From Candidatus Poribacteria bacterium (GTDB lineage Bacteria > Poribacteria > WGA-4E > WGA-3G): a DNA stretch of 64,000 bases. Positions 40,011-54,023 of this stretch are shown here, in pieces. The notes beneath the pieces are model-generated. The model was not told the origin of the DNA, ran no database searches, and saw only the letters and a list, made by a program, of their open reading frames with translations. The first letter of the stretch is position 1, and each line of letters begins with the position of its first letter. Both the position numbers and the translations under genes were made by a program. The stretch is taken from positions 1,312,001-1,376,000 of the forward strand of contig CBDANF010000003.1 of NCBI GenBank assembly GCA_965197475.1, given 5' to 3'.

Positions 40011-40540
40011 TTGTTAAAGAAAAGCATTAGAAGAACTTACCGCGGGGCACGGTCACAGCGTAATTTTGATAGTCGTAAAACTCGTGCAATAGCAAAAGCA
40101 AAAATTCAAAAAACATTCTCAGATGAAACACAAGAACTGCAACAACGTAGAGAGAAACAGGGAAGGACAGGGTGTCAAAAAACGGAACGTGGGTGTTTTT
40201 TCGTATGCGTTTGCTTAGCCCCTTCGTATATGCATTTTCATGTTGGTTCTGTGGTGGCAGGGTTTCTTTGGTTTTTTTGGTTGGAGGTTTGTTTGTCGCT
40301 GCATACTTATTGGAAGTTCATTTGCTAAAAACAGGGCGACTAACAAAAGAAAATGAAACGAATGTAGGATGCGGTTTTACATTTATAATATGGGCTATTT
40401 TATTTGGCATGTTTTCTCTCGAATATGCCTTATATGATACTGATAATTGGGGGATAGGTTTTTTTGAAATAGGTAGCTTTGTTTTTCTGATTATGGGAAT
40501 TGGTATAATCCTTTTTAACCTTTTCAAAAGGGGAAAATAG
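40011..40540 (+). pseudogene. Fragmented membrane protein between IS ends
   Basis: Two overlapping ORFs; the second has several TM-like segments. Confidence 0.4.
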
Positions 40541-40586
40541 CAATTGGACGGGTGCGGGTTCTGCAGCGTTGTTTAGAATAATTGTT

Positions 40587-41974
40587 CTGATATTTATCAA
40601 AATTCTTCAGATATCAATGTTTATGAGTGTTTTCTTGGTATTTGTTCATGAAAATGCGCGCTGAGAGTAGACGGCATCTGTCTTTTTCCTGAAAGTTGAA
40701 GTTGTGTTTGATGAAATGTTAGACGCACTGAACGACACACATGTTGTAACAGAAGGTAGCTCACTATTTTTATACCTAAGTTCGCATAAGCACCCTGTCG
40801 TCCCTCTAAACTTATTGATGAAAGGTTCAAGTCTGTTTTCAAATCATGCAGAATACCACACGCGTATTCTACCAAAACTGTTCTATGCCGTGGTGTTGCG
40901 ACCAAATCCTGAGTATCTCACACGCCCGCAAGGGTTTGCCAAAAACCATCATTGTTTGTCCTTTTCCGCCGTCTTGAAAGAACAACAGCACAACATCTCC
41001 AAATGTCCGACTATTGCCTTTGGTGCGATAGACCGGTTTAGGACACCCCCATTGATTTGGGAGCAGTTGTCCTGACTTTTTATGTTCCGAAAGTTTTGTC
41101 TTTTCTTCACCGATAGTCATCACATAGTTGTTTTTACCATGTATCAGGATCGTCTCAAATCCCATCTTTTGCAAGATGTCAATCAGTTTGCGACTGCCGG
41201 ACCACGAATCAAAGGTGATTGGATATTTTTGAAGATCCGCCCCTTCCGCATCAAAGAAATCCAGTCCTTCTTTGAGCATAGAGACAAAACAGGAGGGTTT
41301 ATCCGTATTGCCTCTCCCTTGTTTGCTGACAAAACATATATTCAGCGGAATATTGAGTTTTCCAATCTTGATGGTGATGCCTAATATATTTTGTCCTTTC
41401 ACCGGTTGGTTCGCTTTTGTAGACCACCAGTTGTAGCAATAGGACACTTTCTCTGTGTCTCATGCGTTATGCGTATCATCCACACTTATCGTGGGACACT
41501 TTCGGGATCGTGTTGAAGCACTTTTCAACTCGGCATCCCGGATCTCCTATAGTGCAACAGAACATCCGATACGCACAAATAGGCACTGCCACTGATAAAG
41601 ACTCACTTCGTTCAGGTGCCGATATAGGCTCGCTTTCGGTATAGACAAGACAACGCATCCGACACTTGATTCGGGTTGTAGAGCCTAAATAGATGACACA
41701 ATGAAAGCAACATTATGGTTTTGACCACCCGTTCTTTCAAGGTCCGAAAACGTGAAGAAAGAAGTTGTTGAAAAAAGACTGTTGATTTGATAAGATGAGT
41801 TCGCATGAGATTTTCTCCTAATGGACTACTTGAGTTTAAATATATGTTTATTAGGATGCTATCTCATGCTATAAAAGTCAAGGAAAATGGACACAGCAAA
41901 AACGCATTTTCATGGCGTTGGACCTTGTTTCTATTGATTATTATTAGGTGCAAGACCAGTATGAGAAATATCAG
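40587..41974 (-). mobile_element. Degenerate IS4/IS701-like DDE element (transposase in several fragments)
   Basis: CTGATATTT(A/C)TCA TIRs; fragments MRTHLIK..., GQNILG, ITFDSW, W....GIEQFW. Confidence 0.75.
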
Positions 41975-43074
41975 TTGCTATAATGTTGAATAGTTCTGTG
42001 GATTTTATAGAAGCGTGGGATGTAGAAAACCGTGAAAAACTATTCGAGATATCTGTAGGTATTGGTGCTGCTGGGTTGGCTCATTGTTTAGCTACTGCAT
42101 ATACACAACAACTATCTAAAACCCCAAACACCAAACAGGATGATGGAGGAATACCGATGTACTCAATAGCACCTGACCCTGGGTTCCCGGCACCTGGACC
42201 AGAGGTGCATTGGTTGAATGATGGGATGCTTGTGAGTGATTCTACCGGAGGAATAACGATATGGGATGTTGACAAAAAATGTATCCGAGAAACATTGTTC
42301 ACAGATGACCAGATAAATGCTATCACCCTTTTGCCCTCTGGTAAACTGCTGGTAAATTATATTAATAGAAAGGATAGGAACGTGTATGTTGTCAGTATGC
42401 CCGATCAGCTGATTGCTAAGTTTCCTCTTCCCGAAAAACCAGCAGAATTGGCGTGGTGCAATGAGATTGCACCGACTGGTAAGTATCTTGCATGGGGAAG
42501 TAATGAAGGCACAGTTATTGTGTGGAATCTCGAACAACCCGAGCAGCCGATACTGCTCAAAGGACATACGGATTTTGTTAGAACACTCGCGTTTTCGCTG
42601 GATGGGAAACGACTTGTGAGTGGGGCAAAAGACGGGACTGCTCGTGTGTGGGATGTGGAATTAGGCAAAGAAATCGCCAGATTACCTATTGAGGAGCCTT
42701 GCATACCGATGGGAATTGTATTTTCACCCTGTGGTGACCTTATCGCTGGCTCTTTGAAGAATGAGGCCCGTTTATGGTGTGCTAAGCAGTTCACAAAGAT
42801 ACGTTCAATACCACACCTGGAAGGATACCGACAGACATACCCACTTGCATTTTCACCTTGTGGAAAGTATCTTGCAGGAGAAACTTCGTGGCAGGAGGAT
42901 TGGGAGAATCTGGCAATTCGGATATGGGATGTTAATTCAGGTGAACAAATTCATGCCTTCCAGGGACATGATTCACTCGTGATATCGCTTGCGTTTTCAC
43001 CGAATGGCACAATGTTAGCAAGTGGTTGTAACAATGGCACAATTTTAGTGTGGGACTTGAAACCGTATCTGTAG
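41975..43074 (+). pseudogene. WD40-repeat protein, 5'-truncated at the IS end
   Basis: Frame open up to the IS junction; GH...FS.DG...WD repeats. Confidence 0.75.
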
Positions 43075-43178
43075 AACTAATAACAAATTACCTAAAATCG
43101 TAGGGGTGGGTCTCTGTGCCCGCCCGTGTTCTCCGCAGTGAATACAAATCTCGTTAATTGGTATAAGGAGATGTTTTG

Positions 43179-43487
43179 ATGCATGACAAAAAATCAATAA
43201 TTCCCGTCCCAGTAGGGAACAACGGAGATGACGTAACTACATGGCCACTCCCCGAAGGTGCAATTGCTCGTTTAGGGCGCGGATGTGAACCAGATATCGC
43301 TTTTTCTCCAGATGGAAAATATATCGCAATAGGGAACTCATTAGGGCTTTGGTTGTACGACTATGAAACACTATCACCCATAGCACTATGGGAGACAGAA
43401 CGCGGGTTGATAGTTTGCGTTGCCTTTTCACCTAACGGGAAATGGATCGCCATCTATAATCTCAACAATATCATAAAAGTATTAGAC
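43179..43487 (+). pseudogene. WD40-repeat protein 5' fragment interrupted by IS
   Basis: AAGGAG RBS; LPEGAIARLGRG cap, FSPDG; IS end starts at 43488. Confidence 0.8.
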
Positions 43488-43761
43488 CTGATATTTCTCA
43501 GAATGGTCTTCAACCTAATAATCATCAATAGAAACAAGGTGTAACGCCATGGAAATGCGTTTTTGCTGTGTCCATTTTCCTTGACTTTTATAGCATGAGA
43601 GCCCATCCTAATTACAGTTTCAGACATAAAATGCATTAGGAGGACATCTCATGCTAACTCAGCTTATCAAATCTATAACCTTTTTTCAACTACTTCTTTC
43701 TTCACAGTTTCGCACCTTGAAACAGGGTCTTGTTCATACCTTAGTGTTTTTGTCAACCTGT
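43488..43761 (+). mobile_element. Partial second copy of the IS4/IS701-like element (inverted), cut by IS3
   Basis: Reverse-complement homolog of about 41700-41974. Confidence 0.8.
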
Positions 43762-45031
43762 TGAAGTGCCAACGCTAATTAGGGCCAAAAAATCAGTAAA
43801 GTTAAGACAAGTTTTGTTGTTCAAATTCAACAGGTGTCAAATACCCTAACGCCGAGTGAGGGCGTTTGTGATGATACACCTGTGTGATAAAATGCCCGAT
43901 GCGTGTGCTGGCATCGGTTATATCCTCATAATCATTGAGATGAACTTCTTCCTCTTTGAGAGTTCGGATGGGTCTCCTTTCAGCATACCCGTTCTCCCAC
44001 GGACACCCTCTACGCGCTAAGGAAATCTCAATGCCGTGCTGTTTCAGCGTTGAGATATAGGCACTTGAAAGGGACTGAACCCCTTGATCGCTATGGTGGC
44101 TCTCTGGGATACTTTGGCGTCCTGCCTGTTCCAAGGCTTTCAGGGTCAGAGATGTGTTCAAATGTTGGCTGACCTGCCACCCTCTTATCATGCGAGTGAA
44201 TACATCCATGAGCACCGAAACATAGACGAAGCGTCTGTGGAGACGGACATACGTTATATCGCCAACTCAGACCTGATCACATCGACAGATGTCAAGTGCT
44301 TCAAGGCGATTCACCCAAGGCTGCGCACCTTCAAGCGATCTCGTAGTTTGACTGGAAACCCCTTTGACCGAAACCGACAAGTTCTGGGATTTCATCAATC
44401 GGGCGACGCGCCGATACCCAATGGTGTATCCCATACCCAACAGCATCTGCGTGATACGCCTATACCCATATTTCGGATAACGCGCACATAACTTCTCTAT
44501 TTCCTCACCAAGCACCTCTTCAGAAGGATCCCTTTTCGGGTGATAATAGAGAAGGCTCCGGTTGAAACCCAGCGTCTCACAAATCTGGTGAACTGAATAA
44601 TCGTCCCGCAACGCCTCAACGAGGTTTCGCTTATCAGACGAGGTTTCGCTTATCAGACGAGGTAACTCAACCAAGTGGAGGCTTTTTTTGGGATGTCTAA
44701 TGCCACGGTTAACCGTCCAACGAGTTGTTCAAGGTGGGCGATCCGCTCGGCCGCCTCGCTGGATCGCTTATCCGTGGAGGCAAACAGAGATGCCGCATTT
44801 TCAACGAGTTGCTGCTTCCACTTTGAGAGCTGGTCTTCGCTGAGGTTATGGCGGCGACACACTTCTGCTTGGGAACTTTCACCGCTGAAGGCCTCAAGAA
44901 CAACCTCCGCTTTAAACTCGGGGGTGAAGCTTCTTCGTTTTCGTTTCGCCATCGGATACTCCTTATAATTAGATTGTTATTATACCAAAATCTTGGTTTA
45001 GACAGTGGCCCTAATTTCCGATGGCAGTACA
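43762..45031 (-). mobile_element. IS3-family element; orfA 44952-44653, orfB disrupted
   Basis: TG...CA ends with TG(N3)TGCCA..AATTAGGGCC TIRs; A7G slippery site near 44685; HHSDQG, WENGYAE, RPHSALGY; 19-bp tandem duplication at 44619-44656 and an in-frame stop. Confidence 0.9.
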
Positions 45032-45440
45032 GATTCGTGAAGGTGCCGCGGGTATGTACGCTAATTTTATCGTTACTGGCTTCGGAGAAGTTGGACTTGA
45101 TATCAATACACCCTCTTCACACGAGCAAGCTAAAGATGGTGGTTTGATTGTCAAAAACAGTATCTTCTTTGAGAATGGAAATGCTAACTTTGGCGATGAA
45201 AAAGATGATGATGGGTTTGATGAAGCCGCGTGGGCAAAAGGTCTTGGCAACAAGGAAAATGACCCAAATCTCGTAGATCCATTCAACAAGGATAACCCGA
45301 CCTTCACATCCGGCTCAGGTTCCTCTAGCGTGACACCAGCTACTCCAACCGATGGATACTTTGACCAAGTTACCTTCATCGGTGGCGTAGATCCTTCCAA
45401 CGATTGGACTAAGGGGTGGACAACGAGTGCGCGGAACTAA
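45032..45440 (+). pseudogene. 3' fragment of a secreted protein ending F.G......DWT.GWT
   Basis: Begins at the IS3 junction; C-terminal motif typical of beta-helix lipoproteins near TonB systems. Confidence 0.55.
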
Positions 45441-45954
45441 ACAGTGTAGTACTACAATCTCTGCTGGGTGCTACCTCTCTTACATTGCGATTGCAGTTAT
45501 ACTGTTTAGCACTAGTTTGATGGGGTGTCAGCACCAAGTATGGAAAAACAGTCTCGACTCGCCAGACCAGCTTGGTCTGGTAGTCGTTGACGCTTTAAAT
45601 CAGAAAGATATTGTCCAGTTAAACGAGTTGCGGGTGCAACGGGAGGAGTATCTTTCCTGAATTTATCCATCTTTTCCGAAAAGCAATTTTTCACCTGATT
45701 TCGCTTAGTCAAACCTGAATAAAAAATGTTACGTCGGCATGAAAAGGTGGATCAACAGATACGGTGGTCTCAACCTTAGTTTTGTAAATATAAGATTCGA
45801 TGAACCAACAGAATCTTATGACGGGTTCCAACTTTTACGTGGAACCGTTTTGACGTTACAGAATTCCGCGGGGCAAAAAGGAGAATTGAAGATTCTGGGC
45901 TCTGTTGTTATGATGGATAATCGTTACAAACTACTTAGTTACGATGATGGCTAA
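45427..45954 (+). pseudogene. Lipoprotein pseudogene with in-frame stops
   Basis: LMGC lipobox; the same frame resumes after TGA and TAG. Confidence 0.55.
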
Positions 45955-46087
45955 TTTCGGTTTTTATGTAAGTTGAATCGTTTATTAATGTGTTTTTGGT
46001 ATGATATTTATACCAAATTGAAATCCATAAATATAGGCAAATATCTTAATCTAATTGCCTTTCCAGAATCTGGGAGGACTAAACTGA

Positions 46088-47101
46088 ATGAGTTACGCAC
46101 TCTCTAATTACGCATCTGGCAAACAGAGAAGAAAGCGTCGCAAGAAAAAGATGGAATTAACTGACAGCGCGGGCGGAAAAGTCCCGAACGTCGCAAAGAG
46201 GATGGCATCTGAAAAAGCTTCCGAAGTTTCAATCACAGTTGTTGATGCGCAACGGGAAAATCGTCAGGCAACTAAAAAATGGAAAGCAAAAGCAAGAAAG
46301 TTCGCATTCGGGATGGCAATTGGTCTTCACGCCGTTGCCCTTATCGTCGTTACGTTTTGGTTTATTAAAAAGACGGTTTTGCAGATGAATGTGGACAAGG
46401 TCCAAAGCATCGTTGTGGATCAACCCAAACCTCAAACAAAACGCACCAGTGCCCCTCGTCCAACTCAGAAAACGGCAAAACCCAAAGCTGTTGAAGTTCT
46501 TGTGCCGAAGAGCGGTGCTATTACTCCGCACACTAACGTCTCATTGGGACCAGCAGATTTTACTATTCCAATGACGGAACTACCGTCTGACGACACGATG
46601 CAACTTACGGCATTAGGAGCTGGAAAAGGTATAATGGATCAATCCGGCCAAGTGAAAATTGTCTCCACTGTTCCCAAGTTTGAAATGCCTAAGTTTGAAA
46701 CAACAGGCTTAACGATGAAAATGGATATGGGAACAAGTTTAGCCTCTATGGATTTTGGTGCTTCGGCGGATATCGGTCTGTCTGCTACAGATTTTGGAGC
46801 AACAAAGCAATCATTCACAGAATTTTTGAGGCAGGTCCGTGAACGGATTAAAGAGGTACAACGCTTCCCTCCAAACGTTCAGAAATTAGATGAAGGGTCC
46901 ATTACAACAATCCGCTTTACACTTCTTAAAAATGGTACAATTCGGGATCCGAAGGTTTCAAGTTCGTCTGGTTCGCGTGTTTTGGATAACGCTGCCCTCG
47001 CGGCTGCCCAAAACGCTGAGCCTTATCCACCGTTCCCCGAAGGACAAGCAGGAACAAGTATTCGGCTTGAATTACCGGTTGTCTTTGAATTGGCTAATTA
47101 G
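46088..47101 (+). CDS. TonB-family energy transducer
   Basis: TM with His (GLHAV), Pro/Lys-rich linker, C-terminal SSG...LD.AAL.A....PYPPFP. Confidence 0.8.
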   Translation: MSYALSNYASGKQRRKRRKKKMELTDSAGGKVPNVAKRMASEKASEVSITVVDAQRENRQATKKWKAKARKFAFGMAIGLHAVALIVVTFWFIKKTVLQMNVDKVQSIVVDQPKPQTKRTSAPRPTQKTAKPKAVEVLVPKSGAITPHTNVSLGPADFTIPMTELPSDDTMQLTALGAGKGIMDQSGQVKIVSTVPKFEMPKFETTGLTMKMDMGTSLASMDFGASADIGLSATDFGATKQSFTEFLRQVRERIKEVQRFPPNVQKLDEGSITTIRFTLLKNGTIRDPKVSSSSGSRVLDNAALAAAQNAEPYPPFPEGQAGTSIRLELPVVFELAN

Positions 47102-47475
47102 TTATACCCAATTAACCCGATTTGTCCTGTGAGGTCCCCGTGCCTTGCAAGGCAAACCCTTATTAGAAAACTTCTAATCCCGTTAATTTGATATTAGATG
47201 TCTTGATAGGTTATCTATGAACACCCAATATTGATACCTACTAATACCATTTCTAAATGATGACTTTTCATTAACAAAAACGCGTTTGTCCTCGCGCAAT
47301 TCATTGCGCCTCGGACATTCAAGATGTCATAAATCTCCGTAATGCTATTTTATTCATTACAAGTGCGGAATGTAGGGTATAATACCAAATTAACTTGATT
47401 TGAAGTTTTCCGATAAAGTCAGCAGTGCAAGGCACGGGGACCTCACAGGACAAATCGGGTTAATTGGGTATAACT
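47100..47475. repeat. Stack of nested MITEs bounded by a ~50-bp perfect inverted repeat
   Basis: 47100-47149 is the reverse complement of 47426-47475; other MITE ends at 47242 and 47362. Confidence 0.8.
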
Positions 47476-49409
47476 CACTGTAAATCTATTTCCCATAGTA
47501 ACACTGTGCCATCCTCACTTCCACTTGCGAGTATTGTGCCATCGGGAGAAAACGCCAGAGATGAAACCTCGGCAGTATGTCCTATAAACGTCTTTTTGAG
47601 CATTCCGGTGTTTGCAACCCATAACAATACCTTCCCATCACTATCCCCACTTGCGAGTATTGTCCCATCAAGCGAAAACACAACAGAAGATATACGCGAA
47701 GTGTGCTCTGTAAGAGTCTGTTTCAAATTTCCTGTGCTTGCATCCCACAGATGAATTTTACGATCATTCCCACCACTGGCAAGGATAGTGCCATCTGGAG
47801 AAAATGTAAGTGAAAAGCAGTAACTTGTATGTCCTGTGAGAGTATTGGTGTGTTCTCCAGTGTTTGCGTCCCAAAAACGGATATTCCCATCACCATCTCC
47901 ACTTGCAAGTATTGCACCGTCTGGAGAAAATGCCAAAGCATAAACCTGATGTATATGCCCTTTGAGAGTTTGTTTTAATTCTCCGGTGTGTGCATTCCAC
48001 AACCGAATCTCCCTTGCGTTATTTCCGTTTGCAAGTATCGCACCGTCCGGGGAATATGCCAGAGATTGAACAGCCCCTGCGTATTGAAACGTTTGCTTTA
48101 GTTTTCCAGTATGTGCATCCCATAAATGAATTTGCTCATTTAGACCCCAACTACCACTTGCGAGTGTTGCACCATCCGGGGAATACACCAGAGATGAAAC
48201 ATTAGCACGCCCTGTGCCTGGACCCGTAATAAGAGTCTTTCTTAGTTTCCCGGTATGTGTATTCCACATCCGAATCAAACCATCGTGTCCTCCACTGGTG
48301 ACAGTGTTTCCGTCCGAGGAATATGCAACTGATGAAATTAGAGAGTAGTGTCCTAAAAATGTAAGTTTGTGTTTTCCAGATTTGGCATCCCACAATTGTA
48401 TTTCGCTGCCTGCACTGGCAAGAGTTGTGCCATCTGGAGAATATTTCAATAAATATATACCTTCATTGTGTCCCGTCCCTACAAGCCTTTGTTTTAATTT
48501 TCCAGTGCTTGCCTCCCATAGACGAATTGTTCCACTTGCATCCGCACTGGCGAGTGTATTACCATCCACGGAATATGCCAGAGATGAGATGACATTGTCA
48601 TGTCCAGTAAGAGTATGCAGTATTTTGCCTGTCCGCACGTCACACAACAGGACTGTATGATTCGATTCCTCATCAAAGTCGGTATTAACTCCATATCCGC
48701 AAGCGAGTGTATTACCGTCATTGGAATATGCCAAAGAAAGAATATAATGTGAATGTTCACTATGCATGCGTTTGAGTAGTCCGGTTTCTACATCCCATAA
48801 TTGTACTTTACCATCTCCTGCACCACTAGCAAGTGTAGTGCCATCTGGAGAATATGCTAATGCGTAGACAGGTTTAGTATGTTCTTTAAAAATGTGTTTT
48901 ATTTTCCCTGTGTTTGTGTCCCACAGCTGGATATCAGCAGTTTCAAGAACCTCACCTCTACCATACATGCCTGTTCCATACCCACTGGCAAGCGTATTGC
49001 CGTCTGGAGAATACGTTAGAGCATATACAGGTTTCGTATGTTCTATAAGTATTTCTTTGAGTTTTCTGGTCTGTGTATCCCACAACCGAATCTCTCCATT
49101 GTGATATCCACTTGCAAGTATAGATCCATCCACGGAATACGCCATAGACATGACAATACCCGGACCAGTGAGTAGAGCGTTTTCTTGATGGGTTTTTGCA
49201 TCGTAGAGCCAAATCCCGATAGAAGACCCAACTGCGATTTGCGTGTTATTAGGTGAAAAAGTTATTCTTGTTGCTACTCCCTTACCAAGGCGAGATTTCA
49301 CACCCTCAGGTAAATTCAATTGTGATAAATCTTGAGCGATGGCGAATGGAGCACATACGAGCATCACAACAGTGTAGAATGTGAGGATAGAAAATAGTTT
49401 AGTTTTCAT
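47475..49409 (-). CDS. Secreted WD40-repeat protein
   Basis: Signal peptide; LPEGVKSRLGKG cap; about 14 YS/FSPDG..LASG...WD repeats. Confidence 0.93.
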   Translation of the reverse strand: MKTKLFSILTFYTVVMLVCAPFAIAQDLSQLNLPEGVKSRLGKGVATRITFSPNNTQIAVGSSIGIWLYDAKTHQENALLTGPGIVMSMAYSVDGSILASGYHNGEIRLWDTQTRKLKEILIEHTKPVYALTYSPDGNTLASGYGTGMYGRGEVLETADIQLWDTNTGKIKHIFKEHTKPVYALAYSPDGTTLASGAGDGKVQLWDVETGLLKRMHSEHSHYILSLAYSNDGNTLACGYGVNTDFDEESNHTVLLCDVRTGKILHTLTGHDNVISSLAYSVDGNTLASADASGTIRLWEASTGKLKQRLVGTGHNEGIYLLKYSPDGTTLASAGSEIQLWDAKSGKHKLTFLGHYSLISSVAYSSDGNTVTSGGHDGLIRMWNTHTGKLRKTLITGPGTGRANVSSLVYSPDGATLASGSWGLNEQIHLWDAHTGKLKQTFQYAGAVQSLAYSPDGAILANGNNAREIRLWNAHTGELKQTLKGHIHQVYALAFSPDGAILASGDGDGNIRFWDANTGEHTNTLTGHTSYCFSLTFSPDGTILASGGNDRKIHLWDASTGNLKQTLTEHTSRISSVVFSLDGTILASGDSDGKVLLWVANTGMLKKTFIGHTAEVSSLAFSPDGTILASGSEDGTVLLWEIDLQ

Positions 49410-49442
49410 GAGAAGATATCCTTTTGAAATAAGATAGTTAAG

Positions 49443-49484
49443 TAATACCAAATTAACTTGATTCGAAGTTTTCCGATAAAGTCA
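49443..49484. repeat. Half-MITE, direct repeat of 47380-47421
   Basis: 42 bp with one mismatch. Confidence 0.85.
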
Positions 49485-49488
49485 AGCA

Positions 49489-50808
49489 TTACTCTGTTTC
49501 AAACGCGAGTTTTTCAGCTTTCGCTTTCTCCTCATTTACAAAGGCAAGTAGAATCAACCCAACGATAAAGAAAACCATTAATGAAATGATAGCGAGGCGT
49601 GCGCTACCTGTGACCTGCTTGATAACGCCAAAGGTCATTGGACCCCAAATCGACGAAAACTTGCTAAAGACAGAATAGAAACCGTAGAACTCTGCGCTTG
49701 TCCCTTCAGGAATCATCGCGCCATAGAAGGAACGACTCAATGCCTGTGTCCCGCCGAGTACAATACCAACGACTATACCCAAAATAAAAAATTCCGTTGC
49801 GGTATGGATGAAATAGCCGTAGATAACGACACCACTCCATAAAACTAAAGCGAACATCACAGAACGCCTCGCTCCAATGCGGCCTGCAAGTTGACTGAAG
49901 ATCAGCGCACCCCCTATTGCGACCACTTGGACAAGCAAGAGTGTCACCATCAGTGCTGTCGTGGAAAGTTTTAACTCTTCGGTACCGTAAATTGTCGCCA
50001 TGCTGGTAACTGTGTGGATACCATCGTTGTAGATCATATAAGCGATGAGGAAGAGGGTAAGGTGTTTAAAGCGTCCGACTTTTTTAGCGGTGGCGATTGT
50101 CCGGCTGATGCCAACGGTAAGATACGCTAAAACTTTCGGTTGATTGCGGTACTTTTCCGGAAGTTGATATGGTGTTTTTACCTCTTTTAGATATTTCATG
50201 GTCAACAATGTCCAACCTGCCCACCAGATCCCCGTCATAGCCATCCCGATGCGTGCTGCCATCGTTATACTAATACCGACTGTCTCGTGCATTGCAATAA
50301 GCCCGAGGGCGATAGCAAACTGCAGTGAACCGCCGACATATCCAAACGCATACCCTCTTGCAGAGACGGCATCCATTTTGTCCTCAGAGGCGATCTGTGG
50401 TAAAAACGCGTCGTAGAAGACATTAGCCCCAACAAAACAGACTTGAGAACCGATAAATAATAGAATTGTTAATCCTACATTGCCAGATTCTGAAAAATAG
50501 AGCAGCATTGCAAAGAGACTGCCCGTATACGCAAAACCCATGAGAAATCTCTTTTTCGCTGAAGAAAAATCAGCGATAGCACCAAGCACCGGAGCAAAGA
50601 GGAACACAAGGAATGCCGCGCCACCAAACATAAAGCCCCATAATGCTGTAGCACTCATATTCATGCCGAGGATGTCAACCCCAGCTTCACCTACAACAAC
50701 TCTCGCGAAATAATCGGGCAATATTGCGACAGCGGCGGTCGTGATGTAAGCTGAATTTGCCCAGTCGTACATACACCACCCAAAGATTGTTTTCTTATCG
50801 TTTTTCAC
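49489..50808 (-). CDS. MFS transporter, UMF1/Atg22 family
   Basis: W.MYDWANS, NVFYDAFLP, YNDG, GG.QALSRS; GTG start with AGGAG. Confidence 0.9.
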   Translation of the reverse strand: MKNDKKTIFGWCMYDWANSAYITTAAVAILPDYFARVVVGEAGVDILGMNMSATALWGFMFGGAAFLVFLFAPVLGAIADFSSAKKRFLMGFAYTGSLFAMLLYFSESGNVGLTILLFIGSQVCFVGANVFYDAFLPQIASEDKMDAVSARGYAFGYVGGSLQFAIALGLIAMHETVGISITMAARIGMAMTGIWWAGWTLLTMKYLKEVKTPYQLPEKYRNQPKVLAYLTVGISRTIATAKKVGRFKHLTLFLIAYMIYNDGIHTVTSMATIYGTEELKLSTTALMVTLLLVQVVAIGGALIFSQLAGRIGARRSVMFALVLWSGVVIYGYFIHTATEFFILGIVVGIVLGGTQALSRSFYGAMIPEGTSAEFYGFYSVFSKFSSIWGPMTFGVIKQVTGSARLAIISLMVFFIVGLILLAFVNEEKAKAEKLAFETE

Positions 50809-50974
50809 TGTTCTCCTGTCTGAAAAATGATCAGGATGGGACTTTTTCTGTATTTTCACACACTTTGGAAAGAAAATCAATAAGATTCTTTAGAGCGGGC
50901 GGCTGTCGGTATGAGTCGCGAGTAAAACTCGCTCCTACAAAAAGGATGGGAGAATGGAAGGAGGGAAGGCAGGT

Positions 50975-51023
50975 AAAATAGGGGCAGTAGGAGCGTGAGG
51001 GTTCCACGCTCCTACTGCCCCTA
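50975..51023 (-). terminator. Intrinsic terminator of katG
   Basis: 19-bp perfect stem TAGGGGCAGTAGGAGCGTG / CACGCTCCTACTGCCCCTA with T-run on the minus strand. Confidence 0.8.
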
Positions 51024-51036
51024 CCTCGCGCCGAGA

Positions 51037-53244
<2,208 letters not shown>

Positions 53245-53424
53245 CTACATTTTTTCCAGCTTATTCTTTGACATACTCCCCTCTAAGCACTTATTTGAAA
53301 AATATAAATGGATCTCTGAAAGTTGTCATTTTACGGATTGATACCCTAAAAATCGGTTGATTTTGCCTCTAAAATGACAAAAGATGACCATTTCATCTAC
53401 TTCTGAAACACGTTCTAAGTGTTA

Positions 53425-53546
53425 CAGGACTTACGCATTCCCCCTTGATAAGGGGGTTAGTGGGGTTAAATAAGCAGAATTTTGGTATTTTAACCCCCTA
53501 AATCCCCCTTATCAGGGGGACTTTAAGAGGAAATGCGTAAGTCCTG
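53425..53546. mobile_element. 122-bp MITE, CAGGACTTACGCA TIRs, 6-bp TSD GTGTTA
   Basis: Perfect TIRs; GTGTTA on both sides. Confidence 0.9.
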
Positions 53547-53647
53547 GTGTTATAAAAGGGAGACTTACATCCTATTCCTTGAATATATTATACATCAACG
53601 CTGCAAAGAATGAAAACAAAAATTTGACTTCGCTCGTACACGTCATA

Positions 53648-53848
53648 TAATACCATTTCTATGTGATTATATTTTATTATTCCGTAGGTCGGGTATCGTT
53701 TTGCGCTCTACCCATAGCCGTCAATTTAAGAAAAAAGATATGTGATGTAAAGTAGTAGGCACACTCCGTGCGCCGTAATCTTTTCGCTTGTAGACAGCAC
53801 ACGGAGCGTGCCGTCTACCTTTAAGCGTATATCTAACATCGGCTATTT
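53648..53848. repeat. Nested MITE/REP relics
   Basis: 53648-53695 matches the end of 56645-56821; GTAG-type inverted pair at 53755-53818. Confidence 0.6.
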
Positions 53849-54023
53849 ATGAACCACCCTCAACAAAATAACCTTGCTGTCCAGAACATTGTGGGGAAAG
53901 ATTGATATTCTTTGAAGAACTCTTGGAAGAATCCAGAAGATTAATGTATAATTTTAACAGATTGGGTATAATAGCAGTAATCTTTTTAACGCTGAAAATA
54001 TACTTGTCTGTAGGAGAAACTCA

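Noticed and set aside
53280-53420. Additional IS5-like MITE upstream of katG
   Set aside because: Inverted ends are too degenerate to define boundaries confidently
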